Shown here: positions 45,531 to 61,606 of the stretch, in pieces
Layout: every line of letters begins with the position of its first letter
Position numbering within the stretch: the first letter of the stretch is position 1
Assembly: GCF_009914755.1 (NCBI RefSeq)
Contig: NC_060926.1
Source of the DNA: the human T2T-CHM13v2.0 reference genome, Homo sapiens
Direction: 5' to 3' (one strand)
DNA length: 64,000 bases
Position numbers and translations under genes: made by a program
Notes under the pieces: model-generated
The model's input: the letters and a program-made list of their open reading frames with translations, nothing else
What the model was told of the DNA's origin: nothing
The model's database searches: none

Positions 45531-46794
45531 TACAGGGATTCTATGCCACAGTTACCATGCTTACAGATTAAAAGTCACAATATTCCAAAAACTATGCAGT
45601 TCTCAATGAGGTCTGTTGAAGAATGACAAGAATGAAGGTCAGAACGTCACAGTGGGTCACGAAAGACCTTATCTGAAGAATTTATTCACACCATGCAAGA
45701 ACTATGCCAAGAAACCAGTTTGGAAACATCTAAATAAATAATTCTCTACATGAGGTTTGAGATTAAGAATGTGCACTTGAAGAAGATTCAAACTGAGAAG
45801 TAAATAAATATAAGGTAGAATTTTTTTTAAGATAGAATGCCATTAGATGACAGTGAAGTGCCAAATTTTTGTTTTAAGAGCTCAATCAGCAAATCTTTAA
45901 TATGAATTGCTTGATTTGAGATATGGAACCATTTAAAAATATTAACTTCCAAGTACATTCTTACAGTACTACTTTTATGAGAAACCTCCAACACATTTTA
46001 CTAGTCTCACTTTCCTCATCTTCTCTGGACCTCACAGGACAAGGCAAAGAAGGAGCATGGCACAAAAATTAAAAGGAACTTACCCAGGATCTTCAATAGG
46101 TCAATGATAAAGAATGGTTTCCTTTCATATATCATGGTTTCAATGATATATAAGAACTGTGTATATATTTTATTTTTCATCTTATCATCTAACCATCTCT
46201 TCAGGTACTGTATTATCCAAGGGCACAGACTATGTCTAGCCCATAAGCCACAGTATCTGACAGAATTCCATCTTGTTCATGGGTACTCAAAATGTAGATT
46301 AAAGGAGTTAGTTGGTCCTTCTTGAGACTGATGCGTTATTGTGCAACTACTGTGACTGATCATCTGTGATGGAATCTAATATCTGAAAGTTTGTCCTCCA
46401 GGGTGGATCCACATCTTAATAAGCCAGTCATTCCAGGCAAGAAGGGAGAATGCTAGAAAACATTCAGGGGAATGAAGTCCCCTCTATCTCTTTCTATCTC
46501 CATGAGTCATTAGGCCAATAGTTGGTTCATTTTACTTTAAAGTGGCCCAATAGATAACACTCAAAAGACTTTTCTTAGCTCTATTAAGAGCTATTAAGAG
46601 TTCTTGCAATCCATGTGCAATAGGGATAGGATGAAACTTTCAAGCATTATTAACTATTAATGTACTTCATTTACATAATAAACATATCCTAGTACAATAT
46701 AAACTTTTAAAATGATAAATAAAATTATTCACTTAAATAGCAGAAGTGTGTCCCCTCAATAATGAAACGTATATAAAAGAATGTAGTAGTTTAC

Positions 46795-47105
<311 letters not shown>

Positions 47106-48451
47106 TTATGATAGCTCCTGTTCTATCAAACTTAAATGCTAAGGTTGTAGACATAAAAATGACATCTTTATTTGTTTTTCAGCTCAAATAGTTTAAACAT
47201 TGCCAATTCAACTTTTGAAGTCAAAGAGGAATAATAATAGAGGCAGGCATAATGACAATAGAGATACATAACAGAAGTCAGCAAGGAAGAGTAATGAAGA
47301 TAGAACAGAAACCAATGTTTTCTCACCACCCTTTAAGGAGCAGGGATTTGTGAAATCCTATGGGGTAGAGACTACTGCCTCTACTTAATAGGTGAAGACA
47401 CTCAGTTTAACGATTAAACAATTTATCCAAGACTACAAAATTAGGACAAGTTTTGGGGAAGAGAGAAAAGCACGAGAGTAGTAAGGGTATAACAGGAGAC
47501 AAGTATGGGGAAGAAATAGTGAATCCAGTTTTATCTGGAGAAAGGAAACAAGCACTTACAAAAAAAAGGCTACTGAGTACAAGCGTAAATGATTCCTTAC
47601 ATGTCAGTGGCCATTTTAAAAGTAAATGATATGATTATTAATAATTTTTTAAAACTTAAATGGCAGAGCCAGAATTTGAATACAGTCAGACTCTAAAGCT
47701 CATGCTCCTAAACACCACACTCACAAAGAGACATCCAGTTAATGCAAATGATAAATATTTAGAAAAAACATTTTAACAGGAAGTCTCAAAGGTCATAATA
47801 GTTTTATTTTTAAAAACACATTAAACATACTTCTAACAACAAAGAAAGATAGAAAAATATGTACTAGTTAAGGCACTTAATCTTATTCTTCCCTGACAGT
47901 GACACAGAACTAATCTATGAGGTTATGAATATGTCACAAAATTCCCAGTTACCCTGTAATCACTCATATATTTATTTCCTCCAGAAATGCAAACTCAACT
48001 TTCTGGAATCTTTGTGTATTTTCCATCTGAGCCATTTCTCAAGGTAAAGAATCTATTTGTTCACTCTTCAGCTTTCGAAGTAACATTTTTTTGTTTGTCT
48101 GGACTAACCGTTGCAGTTTCAGCCGAGGTCACCTAGACCTCCTGTCTCTAGGTAGGTAAACTCTACTCTTCCTTTAATGTAGTTCCCAGCCAGTACAGAA
48201 TTTAAAAACCCTGAAACTTTTCAAAATAGAGGAGTGAATTTAAAATTTGAATTCTCAAAAAAGAATCAGGATCTAAATTATCTTAGTATATCTTCAATTT
48301 CCTTAAATTGAGCCTTATTTGTATTCAAAATGGTATTTGATATTCAGAAGATCACACAAACTACATTATATGGATAAACTCTTCATCACATCTCAACCAT
48401 ACTATTTAAGCTTAAAAATAGTCTCACTTCCCAACATCAAATGTTACTTAC

Positions 48452-48628
48452 CTCTTCATCATCTTCCTCGTCTTCAACATCCAGAATTCCTGAATCCTGT
48501 TCAGACTTCGGACTAGTACTTTCTATCTCTGTATCAAAGATTATATATGCATCTTTCTTAGATTTCCTCTTGCTACCTATTCTGGGTTGTTGCAAGACGA
48601 TGTTATCCAGGTTTCTTTGCTGCTGGGC
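48452..48628 (-). CDS. EXOC6B: Internal coding exon of exocyst complex component 6B (Sec15B), 177 nt, phase 0/0 (probably exon 7)
   Basis: Minus strand: pyrimidine tract ...ttctctatcctag|GCCCAGCAG ... GAAGAG|gtaagt. Open frame AQQQRNLDNIVLQQPRIGSKRKSKKDAYIIFDTEIESTSPKSEQDSGILDVEDEEDDEE joins in frame with the exon at 32411-32479. Confidence 0.96.
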
Positions 48629-49399
48629 CTAGGATAGAGAAGAACACACACAAACACACCAAAAAGGTGGGGTTAGGGAGAGAGAAAGAAAGAAAAAAAG
48701 AAAAGAAACAAAACTTAATTAAGCTTTCAACAAACTTCTAATTTTGAACAAATTGATATCTTAACGAAAATACTACAACAAAAGGCCTTAGTACATAAAG
48801 TTTTAGTATCAGATATAAAACCATCACATTAATGTATACCTTTTTAACCCTGGAGCCATCGTATTTTAACTCATTTTCCAAGTTAACACAGAAAACAGAT
48901 AATCAGTCAATATCATCATAAGGCTTTTCAAAAATATCCATTAAATCATCACAAAAAGAAATCTATCCAGTTTTGCCTTAGTAGGCCAGGAGATTAGTGC
49001 AAACGCCTAGCATTTATCTCTTACAAGAAAATACCACATTGAGACCATAATGCTTGGAGGAAAAAGGGTGGGGGCTTAGAATTAATTTTAATACATTTAG
49101 GCTTAAGAGACTGTTAAAAACAGTTATGTGGATATAAGAGACCAATGAAATAAAATCAGGAGAATGAATTATCTTCAGTAAGTGATTTGAACTAAGTAAT
49201 CCAATAGGATTCCATGACTGTGATCTGTGGAAAGCAGGGTTATAAAGGGTTTTAAAGGGTTTTTTCTTCTGAACCCTAGAAAAGGTAGTATAATCCCTTC
49301 AGCTTAAAAAAAAATAGACTGACATGGTGGCATGGTTTCAATAGATACAGAGAAGTAGAAAGTGGGACTATCCAGAGTCAACAACAGAAGCATTAAACC

Positions 49400-49830
49400 A
49401 CACATTATTAGAGCTAGAAGGTACCTTAATTGCCACTCAGGAAACTGAGGCTAGAAAACAAAGGATTTGCTTGAAGTCACAAGGCAAGTGAGTGGTAAAT
49501 CAGAAGCTCAAAGTATGGTCTCCTAAATTTCAAATCAGTGACATTTCCACTACATCAACAGTCCCTCAAAGCGTGACCAAAATGTTTCCCAAAAATGAGT
49601 TGTGGTCAAATCAACAGGAAATACTGCGTCCCATGAAGCCTTCTTATAGATATGCAAGGCACACTAACAGAATAAAAGCTGGGAGAAGTCCTATTTTAAA
49701 GAAACTTGTTTAATCTGGTTTAACCCAGCATGTTCCAAAAACATTTCCCAAGAGAACTTTCCTTTTTGCTTTCTTTTAATGTAATATTTGGTATTACCCC
49801 AAGATAACAAAGCTTGAGAATGTGACCTCT
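49400..49830. mobile_element. MIR followed by a hAT-Charlie MITE (MER112/Charlie4-like)
   Basis: ggaaactgaggctaga..ttgcttgaagtcacaagg (MIR core); gagaagtcct..aaagaaacttgtttaatctggtttaacccagca. Confidence 0.5.
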
Positions 49831-51059
49831 GAAAGTATACATTTCTTAATCAATATAAGATATTTCTCCTCAGTGGCAAATAGAAATTAGTTCAGGGAAA
49901 AAATCAGTCTCCAAATCTTCTGCATAAGGTTAATGAAATGAAGATAAATATAAAGTATAAAAAGTTAGTCCAGGAATGGTGAAATGAGACAATTATAACA
50001 AGGCAGAGAAAAACTTCAACTATGTGAACTAGTTTCTGCCAAGAAAATGAAAAGAATCTACATTCCAGAGATTTGAATCAATGGACATACTTGTTTCTCT
50101 GCATATCAGCCATTGATATTTTGGTTAGATTTACATAAATACATGGCTTCAGTAACAAACTGAGATAGAGAAGTACCCCAAATCATTTAATTTAGGTTTG
50201 TACATAAGACACAATATCCTCCAAGCCTTTCAGAAACCAAGTTAAATAGAATATTCTATTGTTCTCAAAAGTAAGATGTTCTTCCCCACTTACTTCCAAT
50301 GCAAAATATACAAAAAGGGATCAAGGACTCCGGGGCACAAAGGAAGGTAGAACTTCCTTTAAAACTTTCATATTTTTAAAAAGCAAGCTTTCAACTAGAG
50401 AGTGATCATTTGCTCCCTTAACTCTATCCTCTTGCAGTACAGCAAAACCAAACGATTTCATAAGTCGTATTTTATTGAATCCCAAGTTAATTATATTTCC
50501 TTCACAATCAATAAAATATTGTCAGTGTTTCAAAGCAATGAACAAATGAAAGTTATCATCTATTCAAAATGTATGTTATGGTACTGGCAGGAGGTGGTGA
50601 AGACTAAATACTGATATAAATATATAAATACATATAATATATATTAAAATGAAAATGTGACATTGAAGTCCATGAAAATCAAAAAAAGAAAAAGCCCTTC
50701 AGAGATCTTTTCTAACATGCTATGCTGTTTCATCAAGATCACTGATTCTATCCCTTCAGAGACCATCATTATAATAATGTGTCAAAGAAGCAGCTGACTG
50801 ACTTCTGCTGACTGGGATGGAATAGAGGGAGAGGGGTACAAGGAATACAAACAGCAGCTAGATCTTAGAAAGCATCTAGGTGTTTTCATTTTCTTAGTTG
50901 TTCATTCTATTTGTAAGTAATTTTTACACACTTAACCACCTCTTTCTCAAGAGTACTTCATATATATTCTTCTCTGATTTCCTAATATAGAGAAATTGAG
51001 CAAGGTTTATTCCTCAAACACTTATCTCTCAAATCACTCTTTCTACTCTCCCAAAACCC

Positions 51060-52310
51060 AGTAGCACAGGTCTTGTTTCCTATTACTAATGTGTGTTCCA
51101 CCATCGCCTCATTTCCATCACACCTAAAATGGAACTCATCACCTTCCAATTACAATCCCCCTACCTAATACAGCCAGGCTCTTCTTAAACCACATTTGTT
51201 CATCATGTCAATTAGATATAAGGGAAATTGGGCAGCTGGGGAGAGGGATTTAAACAAGTCTAAACTTCATAATCTAACACTTAGATTCCACCATAATAGA
51301 AGCTAAACCTAATTTTCCAATGTACTTACCCAATACCCTCCAAGATGAATCTTCCAATTGGATGAGGCTCTACCTCCTAATACGCTGGGTAAATTTCCAC
51401 TTCTATATCCTTAGTTATGCCATTTCTTTACCTGATTACCTTTCCTTGCCTCAATCTAACCCTTCCTACAAAACCCAAGTACAATTCTTCTTCCTTTAGG
51501 AAGCAATTTCTCACTGCTCTAACTCATGATGCTTCCTCTCTGTACTCCTACCTTCAGTCAAACACGTGTTAAAAGTCTACATGGTACCAAGCATTGTGTT
51601 GCACACTGGTGATACAAAGAAATAAGATGGAGACCCTGACCCCTGAATCTCACATCATACTATTACAGGAAGCAAATCAACAAATAAAGGATAAATATGA
51701 TAAAAAATAAATATGATTTTTCAGAGATAAATGAAAAAAGTAACCATTCCAGAAGAATGAAGCAGCAGGAGAAGGACTATGTATGAAAAAAATATTATCC
51801 ACTCAGGAAACGGCAAGTAACTTTGTATAATTAGAGTATAGGTTATAAAGGAATAACAGGAGATAAAGATGCTATATAAAGCAGTTTCAATGTTAGAGAA
51901 ACAATGAAAGAATGTAAGCAGGGGAATAATGGATCAGCTTTACAATTCAGACAAACCCTCTAGGAGTCAAGGAGTGGTCAACTGAGAGAAGACAAAGACT
52001 GGAAATAGAAAATCTAATATACATCACTAAAACAGTCCAAATAACATTATGAGAACTTGAATAAAGGTAGCAACAGATTATAAGAAGCAAAAGTAACAGA
52101 ATTAACTGACTTAAATGTGGTACATGGAAGAGAAGAAGGAAATAAGAATAACTACAAGTATTCTGGCCGTGATGACTAAACAGTGGGGCCATTCCAAGCA
52201 ATAGGAACCATGAAAATAGTAAGTTGAATGCAGGATAAAAAAAGATGAGTTCCCTAAACCTGTTGGGTATCCAGGTGAAAATGACAGTAAAGCACCTCAG
52301 TGTATACAAC
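51060..52310. mobile_element. Two L2 relics in opposite orientation (junction ~51540)
   Basis: Pyrimidine-rich (ctaaaatggaactcatcaccttcc) then purine-rich (ccaagcattgtgttgcacactggtgatacaaag) L2 motifs. Confidence 0.55.
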
Positions 52311-53080
52311 TCTTTCAGGATAAGAAAAACACTTTACCATTCTTAGACTGCCCCAAGTCCAGAAAGTGGCATACACATAGTAAATTTAGATATTTATTAT
52401 ATAAAGGCAACAGGTAACAAAAGGGAATTCATGTGAAAATGAGATTTGGCCCAATAAAAACTTATAAAAGACTTGACTTGAGTGCTTTTCTACCCATTAG
52501 AAGTTAGAGGAGAGCCCACAAGCATGACCTAACCTGGACTGTCAAACTAATTCACTATTAACACTTCTAAAACTGTCAAAGTGTGTCTATGAGGCATCTT
52601 ACACAGGCCATTAAATAAACATTTATTGTGGAATGCAGCTTCCAGGGCTACCTAGCAATAAGACTCAGAGAGTTAAAAATAATAAGAATCAAAAGCTAAA
52701 GGCTCCTGACTTTCTCAATCCAATACTGACCTCTAGTGGATTAGAGGCATACAAACAAATGACCTTTAGAATAAGAAACTAGTTGAAAAGAAGATTTAGG
52801 CCTTAGAGGCCAAATATAATTATATAGGCTTCAATAACAGGGGAGAAACAAAGCTTCTTGGAGAAAGATAGGTCTTACTCTGCAACTTATTAATTGGGCA
52901 GGTTACTTCTCTCTGCAATATCCTTATCTATATATATAAAAAAAAATTAATCAAACCTACCTCAAAGCTGCCACAAGGCTTAAATGAGAAAATACATGTG
53001 AAGTCTCTTGAATTAAAACAAACAAACAACAACAACAACGAAAAACAAAAAAAAGCAAGCTTTACCTATCTTGCCTCTGA

Positions 53081-53468
<388 letters not shown>

Positions 53469-53533
53469 TAATGACATCTAATATCACTGTATAACAAATT
53501 TTGCATTTACATACATTTCAAGTGTTATGTTTC

Positions 53534-54024
53534 TGTAATGGACACCATTGGTGCTCCACTTAAATCCTCTGTTTCACCTCTTATTCCAGCTACCATCAGC
53601 AACCAGTTCTGAACAGGCCTGGAAGCATCACATAATATAACCTGACATCAGGTTACTTGGATACTTGGATACTTACAGTACACTTCTTGCTGCCTGCCCT
53701 AGGACTTTTCTAATACCAGAATGTGGAACCCCACAAGAAGTACTCAGCACTCCTGCAGCACAATCTGGAAGTAAAACAACCCTTGAAAAGGAGCTGACAG
53801 AAATGTTTCTTTGCTTTGTTCCTTCCATAGTCAGTTCCAAAAGTCCTCTCAGAGAGTCCCATGGATTAAGCAACCAGACTGCCCTAGCATTATACCATTG
53901 TACTGACTCTCCCACCTTCTCTTTTCATTCCTCCTAACTCTTACTTCTGTTCCATGAGATCATACAATTGAATAAACCAGTCACATATCAACTCCGCAGG
54001 CTAAGAGAAACCAAAGCTACAATA
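53534..54024 (+). mobile_element. LTR16-like ERVL solo LTR
   Basis: TGTAATGGACACC start; agagagtccc..ggattaagcaaccag; aataaac near the 3' end, then gaaaccaaagcta. Confidence 0.55.
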
Positions 54025-55184
54025 ACATCCCATCAACAATACAGTAAAGTGGAATTGTGATCCCTTGTTTAGTGTCTGAAGCCCAAAGGATAACCATGAA
54101 AATAAATGTCAAAATCAAGATAGGAAGAATCCAAAGATGCCACTTCAAGTCTCACCAAACAAAATTAACTGTAAAAAAGCTGTAGTTTCAAACCAGGGTT
54201 TTTTCACACTTATCAGGACTGGCTCTGGACTACATCTTTCTTTGGCAACCCACTCCAGTATCAGATTCGAACAAACAAAATGAAAACAAAACAAAAAAGT
54301 GATTTAAAATGAAGGAAAAAGACCATCTTCAGATAATCTCAAAAAAGTTATTTGTATGTTATTGTCCGTAGGAATGTGTTTATGTGAACACATGCATGTG
54401 TGTTTCATGTGATATTTTAAAACAAATAAATAGACAAATAGTTTTCTTACACCTTCATCATGACCCAAAGGATTTCCATCAATAAGGTTATTATACTTAG
54501 GACCTTTTTTATTTAAATCGAGGAAGGTGGTCACTATACCATCTTTAAAGTTCTCATAGTTACCCGAGGCCCAAGCAGATCTCCAAGTTCCTCAAGCACT
54601 CATCTCCTGGACAAGGAGTTTGGGTTGCCTCCACCTCCCGCACCCTGCCCCTGCTGGCCAAGGCAGAGAACTTGGGACCAAGATTTCCCTGCTCCACACC
54701 TAGGCATACCTCTGGGCACTTGGTGGCCCCCCACTGGATTCTCCTTCAGCACTAGTGCTTGTGCCTTCCACTGGCAGACCTGTAGGTGGGCCTGCTGGGT
54801 CTGACCCCTCCCATCTTACCCATCACTCCCCTAACCCCCAGGGCAAAGCTGGGAGCTGAGACCAGGGTGCACTCCACAGATCAGACCATTGCCTGAGGCA
54901 ACAGAGAGCTTCTCCCAATAAACAAGGGTCAGATATATACCCAACCACATTGGGCACAATCAGCACTGACCCATATGCACCACCTACTGGCTTCCAAGTT
55001 CAATCACAAACTCAATATAAAATCTGCGGACAGAAGTTCATAGGCCATAGAAGAAAAGCCAAAAGACCCTGCGCAACATTCTCTGTAGTTATAGGCCTTA
55101 GGGAAGGTGAAAGAGAAGGGGAAATATATATATATGGGCAAAAAATAAAAATTTAAAAATTCTATCCACACAAAAATGATTACA

Positions 55185-55484
55185 GGCCAGGAGCAGTGGC
55201 TTATGCCTGGCTGTAATCCCAGCACTTTGGGAGGCCAAGATGGGCTGACTGCTTGAGCTCAGGAGTTCCAGACCAGCCTGGGCAACATGGAGAAACTCCA
55301 TCTCTAACCATAAAAAAACAAAAAAATAAAAAAAGGCTGGGCACCTGTGGCTGTGATCCCAGCTATTCTGGAGGCTGGGGTGGGAGGATCACTTAATTTC
55401 AGGAGGCGGAGGTTGCAGTAAGATGAGATCATACCACTACACTCTAGCCTGGGTGATAAAGTGAGTCCTTGTCTCCAAAATAGA
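55185..55484 (+). mobile_element. AluJ inside L1
   Basis: Dimeric Alu with J diagnostics. Confidence 0.9.
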
Positions 55485-55498
55485 AAAGAAGTACAGAA

Positions 55499-55597
55499 TT
55501 TTTTTTTTTTGAGATGGAGTTTCGCTCTTGTTGCCCAGGCTGGAGTGAAATGGCACAATCTTGGCTCATTGCAACCTCCACCTCCCGGGTTCAAGCA
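55499..55597 (-). mobile_element. 5'-truncated AluS (Sp/Sq-like) inside L1
   Basis: Poly-T then gagatggagtttcgctcttgttgccc; TSD AAAGAAKTACAGAA at 55485-55498 and 55597-55610. Confidence 0.88.
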
Positions 55598-56647
55598 AAG
55601 AATTACAGAAATTAGAAGTCTCAATGTCTCCAGCTGAGAAGGAAGCAGTACAAATATTCTGGCACCATGAAAAATCTGAATGTAGTGACACCACCACAGG
55701 ATCACACAGGCTCTCCAGCAATGGTTCCTAACCAAAACGGAAATTTAAAATTTAGGGTTGGGGAGTGATGGGTAAGATGGGAGGGGTCAGCAGGCCCACC
55801 TACAGGTCCCCCAATTGGCCAGGCTGATCTCTTCTTTAACAAATAAAGAATTCAAAATGGATTGCAAAGAAGCTCAATGACATCTAAGAAAAGGTTGAAA
55901 ATCAACACAAAGAAACTTCTAAATTAATCAAGGAAATGAAGAGAAAGATAAATACATTAAAAGAAATTAATTAGAGCTTCTGGAATTGACAAACTCACTT
56001 AGGGAATTTCAAAATACAACAGAAGGTTTTAGCAACAGGCTGGACAAAGTGGAAGAAAGAATTTCAGACCTTAAAGACCAGTCTTTAACCTAACCCAGCC
56101 AGACAAAAATAAAGAAAAAATAATTTTTAAAAATGAGCAAAGTCTTCAAGAACTATGAGATTATGTAAAACAACCAAACCTATGAATTACTGGGATTCCT
56201 AAGAGTGAAGAAGAAAAAGTCAACAACCTGGGAAACATATTTCAGGGAATAATTATAGGTAACCTCCCTAATCTCACTGGAGAGGTAAACATACAGATAT
56301 TAAAAATCCAAAGAACACCTGCAAGATACTACACAACATGAACATCATCAAGGCATATAGTCAACACACTATCCAAGGTCAACTCTGAAAGAAAAATCTT
56401 GATAGTAGCTAGAGAAAAAGGTCAAATCACATACAAAAGGATACCCATGGGGCTAACAGTGAACTTCTCAGTAGAAATTTCACAAGACAGGAGAGATTAG
56501 GAAAATATTTTCAGTATTGTTACAGAAGAGAAACTCGAACCAAGAATTTGATATCCAGCCAATTAAACTTCATAAGCAAAGGAGAAATAAAATCTTGTCC
56601 AAACAAGCAAGCACTAAGGGAAGTTGTTACCACTAGGCCTACCTTAA

Positions 56648-56982
<335 letters not shown>

Positions 56983-58197
56983 CCTTAAGGGAGTTCTAAA
57001 CATGGAAACAAAAGAACAATACCTGCTACCACAAAAGTATACTTAAGTACATTGCCCACAAGACCCTATAAAGCAATAACAATAGAAACTACAAAGCAAC
57101 CAGCTAACAATTTCAATATTAACTTTGAATATGAAGTCTAAATTCCCTACTTAAAAGGCACTGATATGCAAGTAGGGTTAAAAAAAAAAAAGAAAACAAG
57201 ACCCTTCCATCCTGTCTTTAAGAGACCCATCTCACATGTAATGACACCCATTGGCTCAAGGGATTTGGGCCTACTCATAGGCACAAATAGAAAACAAAAC
57301 AAAAAAAAGCACAGGCTACCATTCTTATATCTGATAAATCACACTTTAAGCCAACAACTATAAAAAAGGACAAAGTAGGGCATTATATAATGACGAAAAG
57401 TTCAATTCAACAAGAAAACTTAACTATCGTAAATATGTATGCACCTAACATTGGAGAACACAGATTCATAAAACAAGTTCTTCTTGACCTAAGAAAAGAC
57501 TCAGACAACCACACAAAAATAGTGAAGGACTTCAGTACCCCACTGGTAACAGACAGATCACAGAGGCAGAAAACTAACAGACATTCTGGACCTAAATTCA
57601 ACAGTGGACCAATTGGACCTAACAGACATCTACAGAACACTTCACCCATCAACCATGAATATACATTCTTCTCATTTATACAAGGAACATACTCCAAGAT
57701 TGATCACATTGTTGGCCATAAGGAAAGTCTCAAATTAAAAGAAAAAAAATTGAAATCATACCAACCACACTCTCAGAGCACAGTGGAATAAAAACAGAAA
57801 TCAATACCAAGAAGATCTCCCCAAACCACACAATTACATAGAAATTAAACAACTTGTTCCTGAATTACTTTTGAGTAAACAACAAACCAAGACAGAAATC
57901 AAAATATTCTTTGAAATAAATGAAAACAGAGACACAACATACCAAGATATCTGGGATGCAACAAAAGCAGTGTTAAGAGGAAAGTTTATAGCCCTAAACA
58001 TCTACCTAAAAAAGTTAGAAAGATCTCAAATTAATGATCTAACATCATACCTAGAGAAATGAGAAAAACAAGAACAAACCAACCCCAAAACTACTAGAAG
58101 AAAAAACCATCAGAGAAGAATTGAACAATACTGAGATGCAAAAATGCATACAAAAGATCAATGAAATTAAAAATGGGTTGTTCTAAAGAAAAAACTA

Positions 58198-58576
<379 letters not shown>

Positions 58577-59430
58577 TTACAAGAGATACCACAGAAATAT
58601 AAAAGATCCTCAGGGCCTAGTATGAACACCACTATGCACACAAAGTGGAAAATCTAGAGGAAATGAATAAATTCCTGGGTAACACAACCTCTAAAGATTA
58701 AATCAGGAAGATAGTGAAACCCTGCTAGACCAATATCGAGTTCCAAAATTGTATAAGTAATGAAAAAAACCTACCAACCTAAAAAAAGCCCTGGACTAGA
58801 TGTATTCATACCCAAATTCTACAAGATGTGCAAAGAACAACCACTGGTACCAATTCAACTGACATACAGACCAAACAACACAATAGAGAACCCAGAAATA
58901 AAGCCACACACCTACAACCATCTGATCTTCAACAGTCGACAAAAATAAGCAATGGGAAAAGGAGTTCCTAATTCAATAAATGGTGCTGGGATAACTGTGT
59001 AGGTATATACCAAAGAATGAAGCTGGACCCCTGTCTTTCACATATACAAAAATTAACTATGATGGATTAAAGATTTCAATGGAAAACCTCAAACTATTAA
59101 AATGCTAGAAGAAAACCTAGGAAATGTCATTCCAGACATCAGCCTTGGGAAATAATTTATGTCTAAGTCTACAAAAGCAATTGCAACAAAAACAAAAATT
59201 GATAAATAGGACCTAATTAAACTAAAGAGCTACACAACAGAAGAAACTATCAACAGAGAAAACAGACAACCTACATACAGAATGGGAGAAAATATTTGCA
59301 AACTATGCATCTGATATCCAGAATCTATAAGGAACTTGAACAATTCAACAAGCAAAAACAAATAACCCCATTAAAAAGTCGGCAAAATACATGAACAGGC
59401 ACTTCTCAAAAAAAGACACGCCGCAAACTT

Positions 59431-59938
<508 letters not shown>

Positions 59939-60649
59939 TCAGCCACTGTGGAAAGCAGTTTGGAGATTTCTCAAATAACTTAAAACAGAACTACCATTTG
60001 ACCTAGCAATCCCATTATTGGGTATATATCCAAAAGAAAACAAATCATTCTACCAAAAATACATATGAACTCACATGTTCATTGCAGCACTATTCACAAT
60101 AGCAAAGATGTGGAATCAACCTAGGTGCCCATCAATGGTGGACTGGATAAAAAAAAAATGTGGTACATATACATCATGGAATACTAGGTAGCCATAAAAA
60201 GTAATGAAATCATGTCCTTTGCAGCAGCATGGATGCAGCTAGAGACCACTATCCTAAGCAAACTAATGCAGGAACGGAAAATCATATACTGCATGTTCTC
60301 ACTTATAAGTCAGAACTAAGCATTGGGTAATCATGGACATAAAGATGGCAACAATAGACACTGGGGACTGACTAATAAAGGGGGAGAGAAAGGAAAGAAA
60401 AGGGTTGAAAAATTAACTGTTGGATACTATGCTCACTATCTGAGTGACAGGATCATTCACATCCCAAACCTTAGAATCACACGTGTAACAAACCTGCACG
60501 TGGCCACATGAAACTAAAATAAAATTAGAAATTATTTTTTAAAGTGATGATGATAATAATATGTTAGGGCCACCTTATCTTTAACAAAAAATACATATGT
60601 AAAATAATTGTGTTGGTTTTGTTGATAAAAATAAACAAATAAATAAAAT

Positions 60650-61606
60650 TATAATCATTGGGCGTCAAAGAGAATCATCAACAGAGTAAAAAGGCAGCCT
60701 AGAAAGTGGGAGAAAATATTCACTAATCATGTATCTGATAAGGGATTAATACCCATAGTATATGAAGAATTCCTTAAATGCAACAACAACAACAAAAAAA
60801 AAACAACTAACCCAATCTTTTTAATGGGCAAAATAGTTGAATAGACATTTCTTGAAAGAATACATACAAATGTCCAACAAAAATATGAACAGATGTCAAC
60901 ATCACCAATCATTAGAGAATACAAGTTAAAACCACAAGGAGATATCCTCACACCCATTAGGAGGGTCACCATTAAAAACAAATAAAATGACAAGTTTTAG
61001 CAAGGATGGGGATAAACTGGAAACCTTGTGCATTGTTGGTGGAAATGTATAATATTTTCCACTACAGAAAACAGTATGTAGGTTCCTCAAAAATATTTAA
61101 AATGAAATTAAAACATTATCCAGAAATCCCATGTCTGGTTAAATATCCAAAGAATTTAAAGCACGAAATCAAAGAAATACCTGCAAGCACATGTCCGTTG
61201 CAGCATTATTAACAACAGCCAAGAGGTGAAAGCAAACCAAACATTCATCAAAGGATGAATGGATAAAGAAAATGTGGCATATACATACAATGAAATATTA
61301 TGTGGTCTGAAATAAGAAAATTCTGTCACATTTTACAGCATGTATAAACCTTAAGGACATTATGCTAAGTAAGCTAGTCATAAAAATTAAAAACAAAACT
61401 GTATGAAACCACTCATATGGGGTATCTCAAGTAGTCAGACTAATAGAAATAGAAAGTAGAATGGTGGTTGCTAGGGCTGGGAGCAAGGGAATATGGGGCG
61501 TTAATGTTCAGTGAGTATACAGTTTCAATTTTGCAATATTAAAAAGTTCTAGAGATTGGCTGTACAACATTGTGAATATACTTAACACTACTGAACTGTA
61601 CAATTA
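60650..61606 (+). mobile_element. L1MB-like 3' end
   Basis: ORF2-end motifs and 3'UTR gaaagtagaatggtggttgctagggctggg...tgtgaatatacttaacactactgaactgtaca. Confidence 0.85.

Noticed and set aside
46078-46460. Consensus-like minus-strand donor (CTGG|GTAAGT at ~46083) with a possible acceptor near 46453
   Set aside because: No Sec15-like coding frame, and the two real exons already join in frame; such motifs are common by chance in long introns.
48441-48632. Plus-strand 63-aa Ser-rich ORF
   Set aside because: Antisense shadow of the acidic EXOC6B exon.
57390-57791. 133-aa ORF with endonuclease motifs
   Set aside because: Frameshifted L1 ORF2 endonuclease remnant.
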